Below, piece by piece: positions 48,054 through 58,003 of a DNA stretch of 64,000 nt. Below the pieces are notes generated by a model. The model saw nothing but the letters and a program-made list of their open reading frames with translations. It searched no databases and was not told where the DNA came from. Numbering within the stretch: the first letter of the stretch is position 1; every line of letters begins with the position of its first letter. Origin of the DNA: Naegleria gruberi (taxonomy: Eukaryota); the NCBI GenBank assembly GCA_000004985.1, contig GG738858.1; one strand, given 5' to 3'. A program made the position numbers and the translations under genes.

Positions 48054-50345
48054 ATGAGCCATGACCAGGACGTTATGATGAGTGAAGGAAGAAATTCTGC
48101 CTCCGATGAAATTTCATCAAAGAAGAATATGGAAATCGGAAAGGAATTAAAATTAACGAGAATAATTGTCAAAGGATTACCATCACATGTAACAAATTCA
48201 CAGTTCAAAAAATTATTTGAAGAATTTGGACAAGTAACCGATGCCAAGATTATGCAAACCAAGACTGGTAAAAGTAGATGTTTTGGATATATAGGATATA
48301 AGAAACACGAGGAAGCTGTACATGCTATCAATGAAAGACATCAAACTTTTATTGGTATGGCTAAAATTATTGTGGAGTTTGCTTTGCCATATAATGATTC
48401 GAGATTAGATGCTCCAAGGAGTAAACATTCAAATGTTAAAGCAGCCACATCAGCATCAGGTGTTAAATCGAGTACTTTTGAAAAGAAGGACGTTAATGAA
48501 GAAGTGGACCAATTTCTTAATGTCGGAAAGAAAAAGGCATCAGCTCCTAAATTTTGGGAAAACGATCTTGAAGATGAATTTGATGATCAATTAAAGAAGG
48601 ATAAAATTATAAACGAGAAGGACGATAATAACGAATCAGCAACAAAGAAGAAACGTGAAGAGGACTCAAAGATAGAACCTGCAGAAAAGGAAGACGTTTT
48701 ATATTTTGATGAGAATGATGATGAAGATACTGGAAGATTGTTTGTTTACAATTTGCACTTTACAACAACAGAAGACGAATTGAAGGAATTATTTGAACCA
48801 TTTGGTGAAATTTCCGAATTACACATTCCAATTGATAATGAAACCAAAATCTCAAGAGGTGTTGCCTTTGTTCATTTCTTGATCCCAGAAAATGCTGACA
48901 AGGCCAAAAAGGCTCTCCATAACTCAATCTTCCAAGGAAGAATGATTCACATTGCCAAAGCTAAGGAGAAGCCAAACTTTAATGTAGAGAAGGAAAATAT
49001 GTTCTTGGGTAAATCAAAATTCAAAAGAGAACAACTCAAGAAATTGAGAGAACAAGCTGGATCATCACATAATTGGAATGCAACACATATGGCCACTAAT
49101 ACTGTCATGGAAAGTATGAGTAGACAACTAGGTGTATCAAAGAGCGAATTATTGATGAATAACAAGGATTTTTCAAATGTAGATGATAATGCTGCTGTGA
49201 GGATGGCCTTGGCAGAAACTGAACTTATCAAACAAACTAAGGAAGAACTCCAAGATCACGGTATTAATTTGGATTTATTGAATAAGCCTGCTAACCAAGT
49301 CAAACAATCTAGAACCACCATCCTCGTCAAGAATATTCCATTCAATGAAAATACTGAAAAACTGAAACAAGAACTCTATGATCTCTTTGCTTTCAAAACA
49401 AGAAGAATTTCCAGACTAATTATTCCATCATCAAGAACCATTGCTCTCATTGAATTTTATGAACCAGTTGAAGCAAGACAAGCATTCACTCACTTGGCTT
49501 ATAAGAATTTTTACAATGTTCCACTCTATCTTCAATGGGCTCCAGAAGGTGTTTTACCTCCAAAGAAAGAAGAAGAAAAGAAGGAGAAGAAGGAAGAGCA
49601 AGAAAAGAAGGAAGAAAAGAAGAAGGAAGGTCCAGTTAGAGTTGCTGATGAAGGTGACGATAATCAACAATCCACCGTCCTCTTTATCAAAAATCTTAAC
49701 TTTAAGACAACTGAAGACAGTCTCAGAGAATTATTCAAGAGTTATAATCCAAGATCTGTTCGTATTGTTGTTGAAAATGGTAAAAGCAAAGGTTTTGGTT
49801 TCGCTGAATTTAACAATGTTAAAGAAGCTGTTAAAGCACACGAGGAATTACACAATGCCCAATTAGATAACCACATCCTAGTTATTCACTACTCAAATAT
49901 TCAATCCAATGTAAAGACTTCAACAGAACCAAAACTCAAAAAGCAAGATGTTTCATTCAAGGATGAAGAAAAGGGTGTTACTGTTACCTTCAAAAAGTTG
50001 GTTGTCAGAAACGTTGCTTTCGAAGCTACTCGTCAAGATTTACTCCAATTGTTTAGTGCCTATGGTCAAGTTAAAACAGTTCGTTTACCAAAGAAGGTTG
50101 GTTCAAACTCTCACAGAGGTTTCGCTTTTATTGAATTTGTCTCACCAAAAGAATGTCATGCTGCCTACCAAGCTCTCAAACATAGTCACTTGTATGGCAG
50201 AACCTTAAAAATTGAATTCTCAGAAGATGTCAATATGGATAATATCAAAGATGTACATGCAAGACAAAAAGAAGATTATTTGGAAAAGGAATCATCGACA
50301 AGGAAGAATAGTTCAGGAAAACGTAAAAGAGATGCCTTCTTGTAA
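48054..50345 (+). CDS. Multiple-RRM nucleolar RNA-binding protein, Mrd1/RBM19-like (5 RRMs)
   Basis: ATG 48054. Five RRM domains with RNP1-like octamers (RCFGYIGY, RGVAFVHF, RTIALIEF, KGFGFAEF, RGFAFIEF) separated by K/E-rich linkers (KKEEEKKEKKEEQEKKEEKKKEG), which is the Mrd1/RBM19 arrangement. Confidence 0.85.
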   Translation: MSHDQDVMMSEGRNSASDEISSKKNMEIGKELKLTRIIVKGLPSHVTNSQFKKLFEEFGQVTDAKIMQTKTGKSRCFGYIGYKKHEEAVHAINERHQTFIGMAKIIVEFALPYNDSRLDAPRSKHSNVKAATSASGVKSSTFEKKDVNEEVDQFLNVGKKKASAPKFWENDLEDEFDDQLKKDKIINEKDDNNESATKKKREEDSKIEPAEKEDVLYFDENDDEDTGRLFVYNLHFTTTEDELKELFEPFGEISELHIPIDNETKISRGVAFVHFLIPENADKAKKALHNSIFQGRMIHIAKAKEKPNFNVEKENMFLGKSKFKREQLKKLREQAGSSHNWNATHMATNTVMESMSRQLGVSKSELLMNNKDFSNVDDNAAVRMALAETELIKQTKEELQDHGINLDLLNKPANQVKQSRTTILVKNIPFNENTEKLKQELYDLFAFKTRRISRLIIPSSRTIALIEFYEPVEARQAFTHLAYKNFYNVPLYLQWAPEGVLPPKKEEEKKEKKEEQEKKEEKKKEGPVRVADEGDDNQQSTVLFIKNLNFKTTEDSLRELFKSYNPRSVRIVVENGKSKGFGFAEFNNVKEAVKAHEELHNAQLDNHILVIHYSNIQSNVKTSTEPKLKKQDVSFKDEEKGVTVTFKKLVVRNVAFEATRQDLLQLFSAYGQVKTVRLPKKVGSNSHRGFAFIEFVSPKECHAAYQALKHSHLYGRTLKIEFSEDVNMDNIKDVHARQKEDYLEKESSTRKNSSGKRKRDAFL

Positions 50346-50481
50346 ATTTTATATTAACAGAATTGTAAATAAAAAAATATTTTCAAACTAATTGTTTTAA
50401 AGGCAAAAAATTGTTTGGCGCCAAAAACTACAATTTGTTCGTTTTTTATCAACCTCCCTCAAAAAACAAACTTTAAAAAAA

Positions 50482-51450
50482 ATGGCCCAATATCTGAAGG
50501 AGACTGTTGCTCCATTATTAGCTAAGGGAATTGCCGAATGTATTGAAGCTCAGCCTCAGGATCCAATAGAGTATCTGGGGTTATGGATGCTTCATCAACA
50601 ACAAAAAGAACAATTGCGGGAAAAGAGAAGGAAACAAGAAGAGGAAAATGAGAGAATTCTTAAGGAGTGGATGGAAACAAAAGGAAAATTATTGGAAAAA
50701 GCTGTGGAAAGAATACAAAACGTTGTCAGAGACTTTATTCACAGACAACGAAAGGATAAGGAAAGTGAACAAAGAAAAGTTGTTGCTTTGGAACAAATTT
50801 GGAAAGATTTAATGTCTAAAGCAGCTGTTGATCAAAAGATACAAGAAAATGAAGCTAAGGAACATTCAGAAGCTCTTGCTGAAAAAGAAAGAGTTGTTCA
50901 CGAAAAGATGTTCGAAGCATCAAAGGAATTTATCACCAAGTTAGAAAAGGATAGAATTACATTAATCAAGAAGGCATTTAGACCACCAACTTGTGTACCT
51001 AGAATAATTAAAGCTGTATTATTAGCCATAGGAGAGAACCCTAGAGACCTTAAAGATTGGAATATGGTTAAGGATAAAATAGGAACTCCAACTACATTTA
51101 TGAGAAAATTAATAGCTCTAGATCCTGTAACATGCCTCAATCAACCAACCAGGTTTAGAAGAATTCAAAATATAATGTCAAAGTGGGATCTCGAAACTGT
51201 AAAACAACAATCGACGGTTGCGTTCTTGCTATTCCAATGGCTGGCCAACTTAGTCTCATTCAGAGAAAGTTTGATACAAGTTAAGAAGGCAAGGAATGAA
51301 GAATTAGACGAGGAATCGGATCCAGATGCTTTGGAATTCTATGAGGATGATGAAAAGGATCCACCACAAGAAGTAGGATCTGAAGAAACACCCAAAGAAG
51401 ATAAACCACAAGACTCTGACGATGCTGACAATCAAGATGATGATGAATAA
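50482..51450 (+). CDS. Dpy-30-motif (RIIa-like dimerisation/docking) coiled-coil protein with acidic tail
   Basis: N-terminal YLKETVAPLLAKGIAECIEAQPQDPIEYLGLWML matches the Dpy-30 motif pattern (Y-L-x-x-T-V-x-P-L-L-x-x-G-L...P-x-D-P-I-E-F-L). Long E/K coiled coil. D/E-rich C-terminus. Confidence 0.6.
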   Translation: MAQYLKETVAPLLAKGIAECIEAQPQDPIEYLGLWMLHQQQKEQLREKRRKQEEENERILKEWMETKGKLLEKAVERIQNVVRDFIHRQRKDKESEQRKVVALEQIWKDLMSKAAVDQKIQENEAKEHSEALAEKERVVHEKMFEASKEFITKLEKDRITLIKKAFRPPTCVPRIIKAVLLAIGENPRDLKDWNMVKDKIGTPTTFMRKLIALDPVTCLNQPTRFRRIQNIMSKWDLETVKQQSTVAFLLFQWLANLVSFRESLIQVKKARNEELDEESDPDALEFYEDDEKDPPQEVGSEETPKEDKPQDSDDADNQDDDE

Positions 51451-51478
51451 ATATAATAGTTTATTAAATAACACTAGC

Positions 51479-54400
51479 TCACATTTCTCTTTTTATTTTT
51501 GTTGCTCTTTTTGGGATGGTCTTTGTTGGAGCTTCGTCATCTGACATTTCTGAATCCTCATCTGATTCTTCATCAGAATCAGCATCTTGATCTGACGCAA
51601 CGAATTCATCATCAGACTCTGAAGATGATTTTCTCTTTGTACCTCTCTTATTTCTATTGGAGGTTTTAGTTTTGGCTGGCTTTTCAGGAACTTCCTCATC
51701 AAAGCAAGCTGCCAATAAATCATAATGGCCTCCATCATCAGCAAGTGTATCTGGTGTATTTCCATCATTATTAGTAACATTCTTGTCACATCCCTGTTTC
51801 AATAGGAATTTGGCGAGAGGGGTAAATCCTTCTCTGCAAGCAATATGCAATGGAGTGTTACCTTCATCATTCTGAATATCCAATGATGCGCTATATTTGA
51901 GAAGAATTTCCAAAATAGCCAACTTTTCTTTGATAACAGCAGCTGTACTCTTATTATTATCAGGAGCCATACAGGCATAGTGAGCGAGAGTATCATTGGA
52001 TTGATCGCCTAGTTTGAGAATTTCACTAATTTCTGAAAACTCTCCACCATTGAATGTTTCAAAAGTGGACATGTACTCCAAGTATGATTTGAAAACTTCA
52101 AGCTTTCCTTCTTGAGAAGCAACCATCAAAACACTAGCACCTTGGTCAGTAAAGATCTTGTAATCTCTATCCTTTTCTATTGACGTATTTCTTTGCTCCA
52201 TTCTCAAAGATAATATTCTATTTAGCAAATCTACCAAAATATTTTCAGAAACAGCTTGTAACATGAATGATTCCAAACATTCAACTGGCAAGTCTCTAAT
52301 AAAGAATTTAGCTCTTTCAAGCAATTTTTCAGCATTAGGTGCTTCCTTTCTAATTTTACATGACGAGTCAATGTGTTGGAGAATCAACTCTATAGCTTCA
52401 CTATTTGAATGAATTATGGCATAGACAATAGGAATAGCCTTATTATTATCAGGCATTAAAATGTTAGCTCCCTTCTGAATGAGAAGAGTAACAACTTCAG
52501 AATAACCTTCTTCACATGCAACATGGAGAGGAGTCACAAGTGACTTGGCGGTTTGATGATTAATGAATACATCTGGATGTTCAACAATCTTGGTAATAAT
52601 CTCCATTGATAAACCTCCTTCAATAGCTAACATCAAAGCGCTTGGTCTATCCTCATCTACATAATCTAGAATAGTATCACTTGCAATATCAACTCCAGAT
52701 TCCAACATTTTCATGGCTAACTCTTCAAGTTTTTCAATAGAGGTATTGTAATCTGCTTGATTAATCTCTTTTTCATTTAAGAAGTGTTTTAAATCTTTGG
52801 AATTTCTTAAAAGTAGGATAATTGGAGAAACATTATTTCCATTAACGAAATTCTTGGACTCATTTGTTAACAAGTACTGAGAAGCATCATAGTTAGCAAA
52901 ACTGATAGAGACCATTAGTGGTGTATTCTTTTCAGCATCAAGTGCAAGAGGATCTGCTCCGACAGAAATTAATTTAGCACATGACTTGGCATACTTGTCT
53001 GAAATTGCACATTGGTGAAGTACTGTATATTTCTTTTCCTTATCCTGAGTCATAATGAGTTGTTTAAGTTGTTCAGCAGACAAGATCAAAGAAAGACTAT
53101 CAATCACACTGTCTAAATCTTCTATTGATTCCTTCTCAATAGCTACATGCAAGAAAGTTTTTCCACTTGAATCTAATTGTTGAACGTTAGCTCCATTGGC
53201 AATTAACCATTTAACAAGTAAAGTTGTGTCCTTAGGTAAGGATACACAATAATAGATCAAAGAAGCAGAACTACTGTCTGGAGAGTAATTCAAAATAGAA
53301 TCCTTCTTTTCTGGCATAACAGAAAGATATTGATTGAGGAAAGAAGTAGAAAATGATGATTCGGATTCAAGAATTTCTGTGAAAATAGTCTTGGAACTAA
53401 TAACATCACCATCTTCATCCTTTCTAATTATCAACTCTTTAAAGTTATTCTCAAAGTTATTATTCATCAAAGAGATGAGAATGTTGGCAGTCTTGTCATT
53501 TCTAGGAGCATTGTTAAAGAAGACAAGTAAGATTGGTGTCATTTCTTTGGCATTAGCAATCTTCAAGTAATTTTCAACATAATCTCCCTTTGAATAATAA
53601 TCTAAGAGTAGTTTTACACCTCCGCTATGTCTATTTTCAACTGCATAGTGCAAACATGTGTTTCCAAGAAGGTCGCGTGCACTCAAGATGCCTGTTAAAT
53701 TTCCTCTTTGTGCAAGCCTATCCAATACCATTTGCAAACAAATTGTAAGATCGTCAGAGTCTTTTTCTGGTGGACACAACATTAAACTGTGCAAAATTGA
53801 TTGTGACTTGTTGTTCTTTGCATCCAAAGAATGATTCTTTTCAATTAAATACTTGGCAACTTGAATATTTCCGTTCATGCAAGCAAGATGAAGTCCTGTA
53901 TTTGAATCAGTGTCAATTTGTAAAACTGGTTCTGGTGAAATGAGAGTACAAATTTCCAAACTACCAAAAGCACAAGCACAGAGGTAAGGTGTTAATTGTC
54001 TATCTTCGATGGATTGTTTGCTGATAGTTGGAAGTTCAGATGGAGATTGATCAACTCTCAACAAACTTTGGAATGAATAATTTAGCTTTTCAGAAGTGGT
54101 TGGCTTGGATTTACTTTGCTTTTGTTGAGCAGTAGTAAATCTAGCAGAAAGTAATAAGTTACGAGGGAAAATTTCAACAAATTTGTTAATAATTGGTAAG
54201 AGATTCTTCCTGTTGAACAATAGGGTTTGATAAATCATGTTCACAGATGGTGAAATAGATTCAGCATTAATCAGTCTGAGCACATAGTTTACGCAATCAA
54301 TATCTCCATATCTACAAGCGGCACAAGCTCCACTTATACCATCACAAATACTATCTGTCAATAAATCCAATCCAAGATTTTGAATCTTCTTCAATGTATC

Positions 54401-56698
54401 AACAGTTACAGAATCTTTGAGTTCCTGTACAGTCATCCAAGTTGGAATGAAAGGGTTAGGGTTTTCTTCTTCCAATTTCTTTTTCTTATTCTTTCTGGAC
54501 TTTTCATCGTTGGAAGCAGCACCTACCACCACAATTTCACTGAAGAGTATTTCCATCTTTGGAGAAATATCTTTTCTCAAACTTGCATAATATGCAAAAG
54601 GAAGATCAATAGTGAACAAGCATCCTATAAGTGTAACACTTTCAACTTCTTTTGGAAGTGAAGTAAAGAATTGTTTTAAAGAATTAGAGTTGAACCTTTG
54701 GCCAATTAGTGTGAAATCTTTCAAAGATTCGGACAAGTATGAATTCTCGAATAACTTTTTAAAGTTATCAACATTGACTTGATTTAAAACCAGTTTGGTT
54801 ACATCTTTCTTTTCAACTTTAAGGTTATCCAACTTTGACTTTCTCTTATTTGGATCATTTTCTTTTGAAACGAGTTGTCTACGGACTGAAATAACATCCA
54901 CATCTTCAATATAATCTTCTCTCATACTATAAAATCTGTTAATGGCACCTTTAGCATTACTGACACCTGAAACTTTTTTCAAATAAAGAGTATCTAATTG
55001 CAAGTATGCAACTTGACAAATTTCTGAAAATCTCTTGGAAACTTGACAGAAAGATCCATAATCTGGGAAAGAAGGAAGAAAATGTAAAATGTAATAAATA
55101 ATTCTATCTGGGAGAGGTTTCAAAATATCAATTCTTGATGAAGGAACTGATGGTTTAGCAATTGGCTTTTCCTTTGTTTGAGGGGTTTTTGTTTGAGCAG
55201 TTTTAGGAGTTTTAGGGGTTTTAGCTTGGGGAGTTGGTTTTTCTTTTTTGGATGTGTTGGATTTCTTACTTGGTGTTGTGCTAGCACTTGGAGTTGAGCT
55301 ATCTCTTCTCTTCTTTGCATATCCCGATTGTTCGAAAACTATTTCTCTTAGATTGTTATTAACTGGTGGGAATTGTACGTTTTGGAATTGAATTTGTTGA
55401 CCCATGCCACGATTCATAGAATTGTTCATATTCATGCTCATGTTGTTCATACTATTCATATTATTCATGTTGTATGAGCCAAACATGTTTTGGTTATTTA
55501 AATTATTTGGTTGGTTGAATTTGCTCATATTGTTATTAGAAATATTCATGGAAGGGATTTGTTGGTTGACAAAATTTTGGTTGGTAAATTGGTTCTGTCT
55601 ATTATAGGAATTTGGGCTTAATACAGGATTTTCCATAGACTTCCAGCTATTATTCATAGGTGGTGAGTTTGGAATGTTATTCGAAATGTTAATATTGTTC
55701 ATTGGGTTAATATTGTTTGTTGGAATTAATCCATTATTGAACATGGTGTTGACATTACTATTGTTATTATAGATATTATTGTTCATATCAATTGAACTGT
55801 TCATGTTACTTCCATTAGATGCCAATAGCATATTAAACAATTCTATATTGGTAGTTTGCTGTTGGTTATTCAACAAGTTGTTTACGAGACCTGAGTTTGC
55901 ATTGTTGACAACATTCAATTGTGGATTTTGATTCATGGAGAGAACACTTGATGGGTTTTGTGTTTGATAATTATTGGAAGATTGATTAAAATTCATCCAT
56001 TGATTACTTTGTTGATCAACTACACCGACATTATTATTCAATTGACTTGTGAAATTTTGATTAGCTGTATTCATGGATGGAATAGAAATTTGATGACTTG
56101 TTTGTTGATTGAAATTAACAGTAGTTGGATTCAACAATTGACTAATCCCACCTAATGTTGTTTGTGATACATTATTATTCAATGCATTAATGTTCGAATT
56201 GATACTATTATGCAACAATCCTTGAATTGATGATGGAGAAGGAAGTAAAGGAGCATTTTGATTGTTACTACTCATTGTTGGAGAAGACATGCTCGAAAGG
56301 ACAGATTTTGTTGTTGAAAGCATAAATTGGGAAATATTATCCCCTACTTGATTGTTATTATTACCAATTGTTGTTGGAATGTTACTCAATGTTGAGGCTG
56401 TTGCTGATGATGGAATGTTGGGTATATTAAAGGCAGAAAGATTAGCAGCACCGCCATTAACGTTCATTGTTGTTGATGAAGATGAATTGGTTGGAATGGT
56501 TACTAGGCTATTATTACTAGTTGAACCATTAACGACTTGTAAGTTTGTTGTTGGGTTGAGAGCAACATTGGAAGTCATTGCAGCGCCACCAACACTTCCA
56601 TCAGGTACCACCGTTCCGTTATTATTATTGTTGTTGAAGACATTATTGTTATTGGTGGGAGAGTGTTGAGGTGGTGAGGACATTGGTTGGTTGAACAT
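51479..56698 (-). CDS. Giant ankyrin-repeat protein (1739 aa) with N/S/Q-rich N-terminal low-complexity region, F-box-like motif and acidic phospho-Ser-like C-terminus
   Basis: About 480-aa N/S/T/Q-rich N-terminus. F-box-like LPDRIIYYILHFLPSFPDYGSFCQVSKRFSEIC. More than 12 ankyrin repeats (e.g. TPLHVACEEGYSEVVTLLIQKGANI, GNTPLHIACREGFTPLAKFLLKQGCDKNV). C-terminal SDDEFVASDQDADSDEESDEDSEMSDDE. Confidence 0.85.
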   Translation of the reverse strand: MFNQPMSSPPQHSPTNNNNVFNNNNNNGTVVPDGSVGGAAMTSNVALNPTTNLQVVNGSTSNNSLVTIPTNSSSSTTMNVNGGAANLSAFNIPNIPSSATASTLSNIPTTIGNNNNQVGDNISQFMLSTTKSVLSSMSSPTMSSNNQNAPLLPSPSSIQGLLHNSINSNINALNNNVSQTTLGGISQLLNPTTVNFNQQTSHQISIPSMNTANQNFTSQLNNNVGVVDQQSNQWMNFNQSSNNYQTQNPSSVLSMNQNPQLNVVNNANSGLVNNLLNNQQQTTNIELFNMLLASNGSNMNSSIDMNNNIYNNNSNVNTMFNNGLIPTNNINPMNNINISNNIPNSPPMNNSWKSMENPVLSPNSYNRQNQFTNQNFVNQQIPSMNISNNNMSKFNQPNNLNNQNMFGSYNMNNMNSMNNMSMNMNNSMNRGMGQQIQFQNVQFPPVNNNLREIVFEQSGYAKKRRDSSTPSASTTPSKKSNTSKKEKPTPQAKTPKTPKTAQTKTPQTKEKPIAKPSVPSSRIDILKPLPDRIIYYILHFLPSFPDYGSFCQVSKRFSEICQVAYLQLDTLYLKKVSGVSNAKGAINRFYSMREDYIEDVDVISVRRQLVSKENDPNKRKSKLDNLKVEKKDVTKLVLNQVNVDNFKKLFENSYLSESLKDFTLIGQRFNSNSLKQFFTSLPKEVESVTLIGCLFTIDLPFAYYASLRKDISPKMEILFSEIVVVGAASNDEKSRKNKKKKLEEENPNPFIPTWMTVQELKDSVTVDTLKKIQNLGLDLLTDSICDGISGACAACRYGDIDCVNYVLRLINAESISPSVNMIYQTLLFNRKNLLPIINKFVEIFPRNLLLSARFTTAQQKQSKSKPTTSEKLNYSFQSLLRVDQSPSELPTISKQSIEDRQLTPYLCACAFGSLEICTLISPEPVLQIDTDSNTGLHLACMNGNIQVAKYLIEKNHSLDAKNNKSQSILHSLMLCPPEKDSDDLTICLQMVLDRLAQRGNLTGILSARDLLGNTCLHYAVENRHSGGVKLLLDYYSKGDYVENYLKIANAKEMTPILLVFFNNAPRNDKTANILISLMNNNFENNFKELIIRKDEDGDVISSKTIFTEILESESSFSTSFLNQYLSVMPEKKDSILNYSPDSSSASLIYYCVSLPKDTTLLVKWLIANGANVQQLDSSGKTFLHVAIEKESIEDLDSVIDSLSLILSAEQLKQLIMTQDKEKKYTVLHQCAISDKYAKSCAKLISVGADPLALDAEKNTPLMVSISFANYDASQYLLTNESKNFVNGNNVSPIILLLRNSKDLKHFLNEKEINQADYNTSIEKLEELAMKMLESGVDIASDTILDYVDEDRPSALMLAIEGGLSMEIITKIVEHPDVFINHQTAKSLVTPLHVACEEGYSEVVTLLIQKGANILMPDNNKAIPIVYAIIHSNSEAIELILQHIDSSCKIRKEAPNAEKLLERAKFFIRDLPVECLESFMLQAVSENILVDLLNRILSLRMEQRNTSIEKDRDYKIFTDQGASVLMVASQEGKLEVFKSYLEYMSTFETFNGGEFSEISEILKLGDQSNDTLAHYACMAPDNNKSTAAVIKEKLAILEILLKYSASLDIQNDEGNTPLHIACREGFTPLAKFLLKQGCDKNVTNNDGNTPDTLADDGGHYDLLAACFDEEVPEKPAKTKTSNRNKRGTKRKSSSESDDEFVASDQDADSDEESDEDSEMSDDEAPTKTIPKRATKIKREM
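55260..56698 (-). repeat. AAT/AAC/CAA-rich coding low-complexity tract (poly-N/S/Q) at the 5' end of the ankyrin gene
   Basis: Encoded runs NNNVFNNNNNNG, NMNNMNSMNNMSMNMNNSMN. Generates several spurious opposite-strand ORFs (55404-55607, 56352-56669). Confidence 0.7.
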
Positions 56699-57086
56699 TT
56701 TTTTTCACTCGAGAAGAGGAAGATTTTAACCCAACACAAAAATCAGAGAAAGTGGAATTTATTATTGAAGATTGTGTAGGAAAATGAAATGTTTTGAACA
56801 ATGTTCATGATGGTTAGGTGAAATATTGTGAAAGAGGAAGGGTCACGGTTAGTTTGAAAATGTTGAAAGGTTTTATTTTTCTTATCAACATAAGTTTAGT
56901 CTGAAAAATGTTTGAACATGTGGTAATTACGTTGGAAACAACTCCTCTCTAGCAATTTAAAATGTGTGTGCTGATAGTGAAAACAATTAATTTGAATTCA
57001 CCTTGGCAATTATATTAACCCTTCCTAAATCTTTGTACAAACACCTCGGTAAATGGTGTAAAATTTTTCAAGTACTTTTGATTCAT

Positions 57087-57935
57087 CTAGTGACGGTCAT
57101 CATCTTCCTTGTGTTCATCGTCATAATGTTGATCATTATTGTGAATATCATCCTCATGTTTCACTGGTTTTTCTTCCCATGAATAACTTGCTCTGTTAAT
57201 TCTTGGTTTTCTTTGGTATCTTGGTGGAATGACTGTGGTCTTTTCTTGTTGTTGAGATGAATTTTCACCACGATGTTCAGCATCAGTGTTGGCTTGATGT
57301 GCTGGTTTGTTAATTAAGTCAGCAACCTTTCTTTCAAAATCCGCATCATAATCACGAGCAGAAGTCAAATCACCTGGACTGTATCTATGTTTTGGATCAT
57401 CAACTTGTGCCAAAAGCTTTCTAAGTTGATAACCATATGGTGTTTGTACTTGAGAGAAAGTATATGTATAAGTTTCCATTCTCTTGTTTCCAATATATCC
57501 AAGAGCATAGGCGAAAATACCTGCTTGAACGGCAAATGAAGCGAATGGATTCAATGTACGCCAAGGCCTAATTTTACAAATATTCTTGATGATGTAGGCA
57601 CGGAGGGGATAATAGTACATTCCCTTTCTATGACCAGCTGTAGCAACCCATGAAACAAGAGTAGCAACAGAGAGGGATTTCAAAATATTATTAGAATTAA
57701 TTGCAGCCAATCTCATTCTTGCAACATTGTCTTCGGGTTGTAATTCATACATGTTATCACTTTGCCATTGATACATATATCGTCCAATTTTTGCTACTTT
57801 TTCAACAGATGTACTTCCTTCCACCTTAATAGAATTTGGATCCTTTAGAAATACAAATGGTTCTTTTCCTTTGGATTGAACCAGGGGATTTGTTGGTTGT
57901 CCTCTAGCTTGTTGTTGTTGTTGATAGGAAGACAT
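57087..57935 (-). CDS. Hypothetical protein (282 aa) with central hydrophobic segment and His/Asp-rich C-terminus
   Basis: ATG-initiated ORF, Q-rich N-terminus (MSSYQQQQQARGQ), hydrophobic stretch FASFAVQAGIFAYALGYIG, acidic/His-rich tail. Confidence 0.5.
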   Translation of the reverse strand: MSSYQQQQQARGQPTNPLVQSKGKEPFVFLKDPNSIKVEGSTSVEKVAKIGRYMYQWQSDNMYELQPEDNVARMRLAAINSNNILKSLSVATLVSWVATAGHRKGMYYYPLRAYIIKNICKIRPWRTLNPFASFAVQAGIFAYALGYIGNKRMETYTYTFSQVQTPYGYQLRKLLAQVDDPKHRYSPGDLTSARDYDADFERKVADLINKPAHQANTDAEHRGENSSQQQEKTTVIPPRYQRKPRINRASYSWEEKPVKHEDDIHNNDQHYDDEHKEDDDRH

Positions 57936-58003
57936 TTTTTATTTTTATCTTTTTAATCAATTTTTAATAAGCCGATGATGATAAGAACCTTCATCAAGAA
58001 GTG

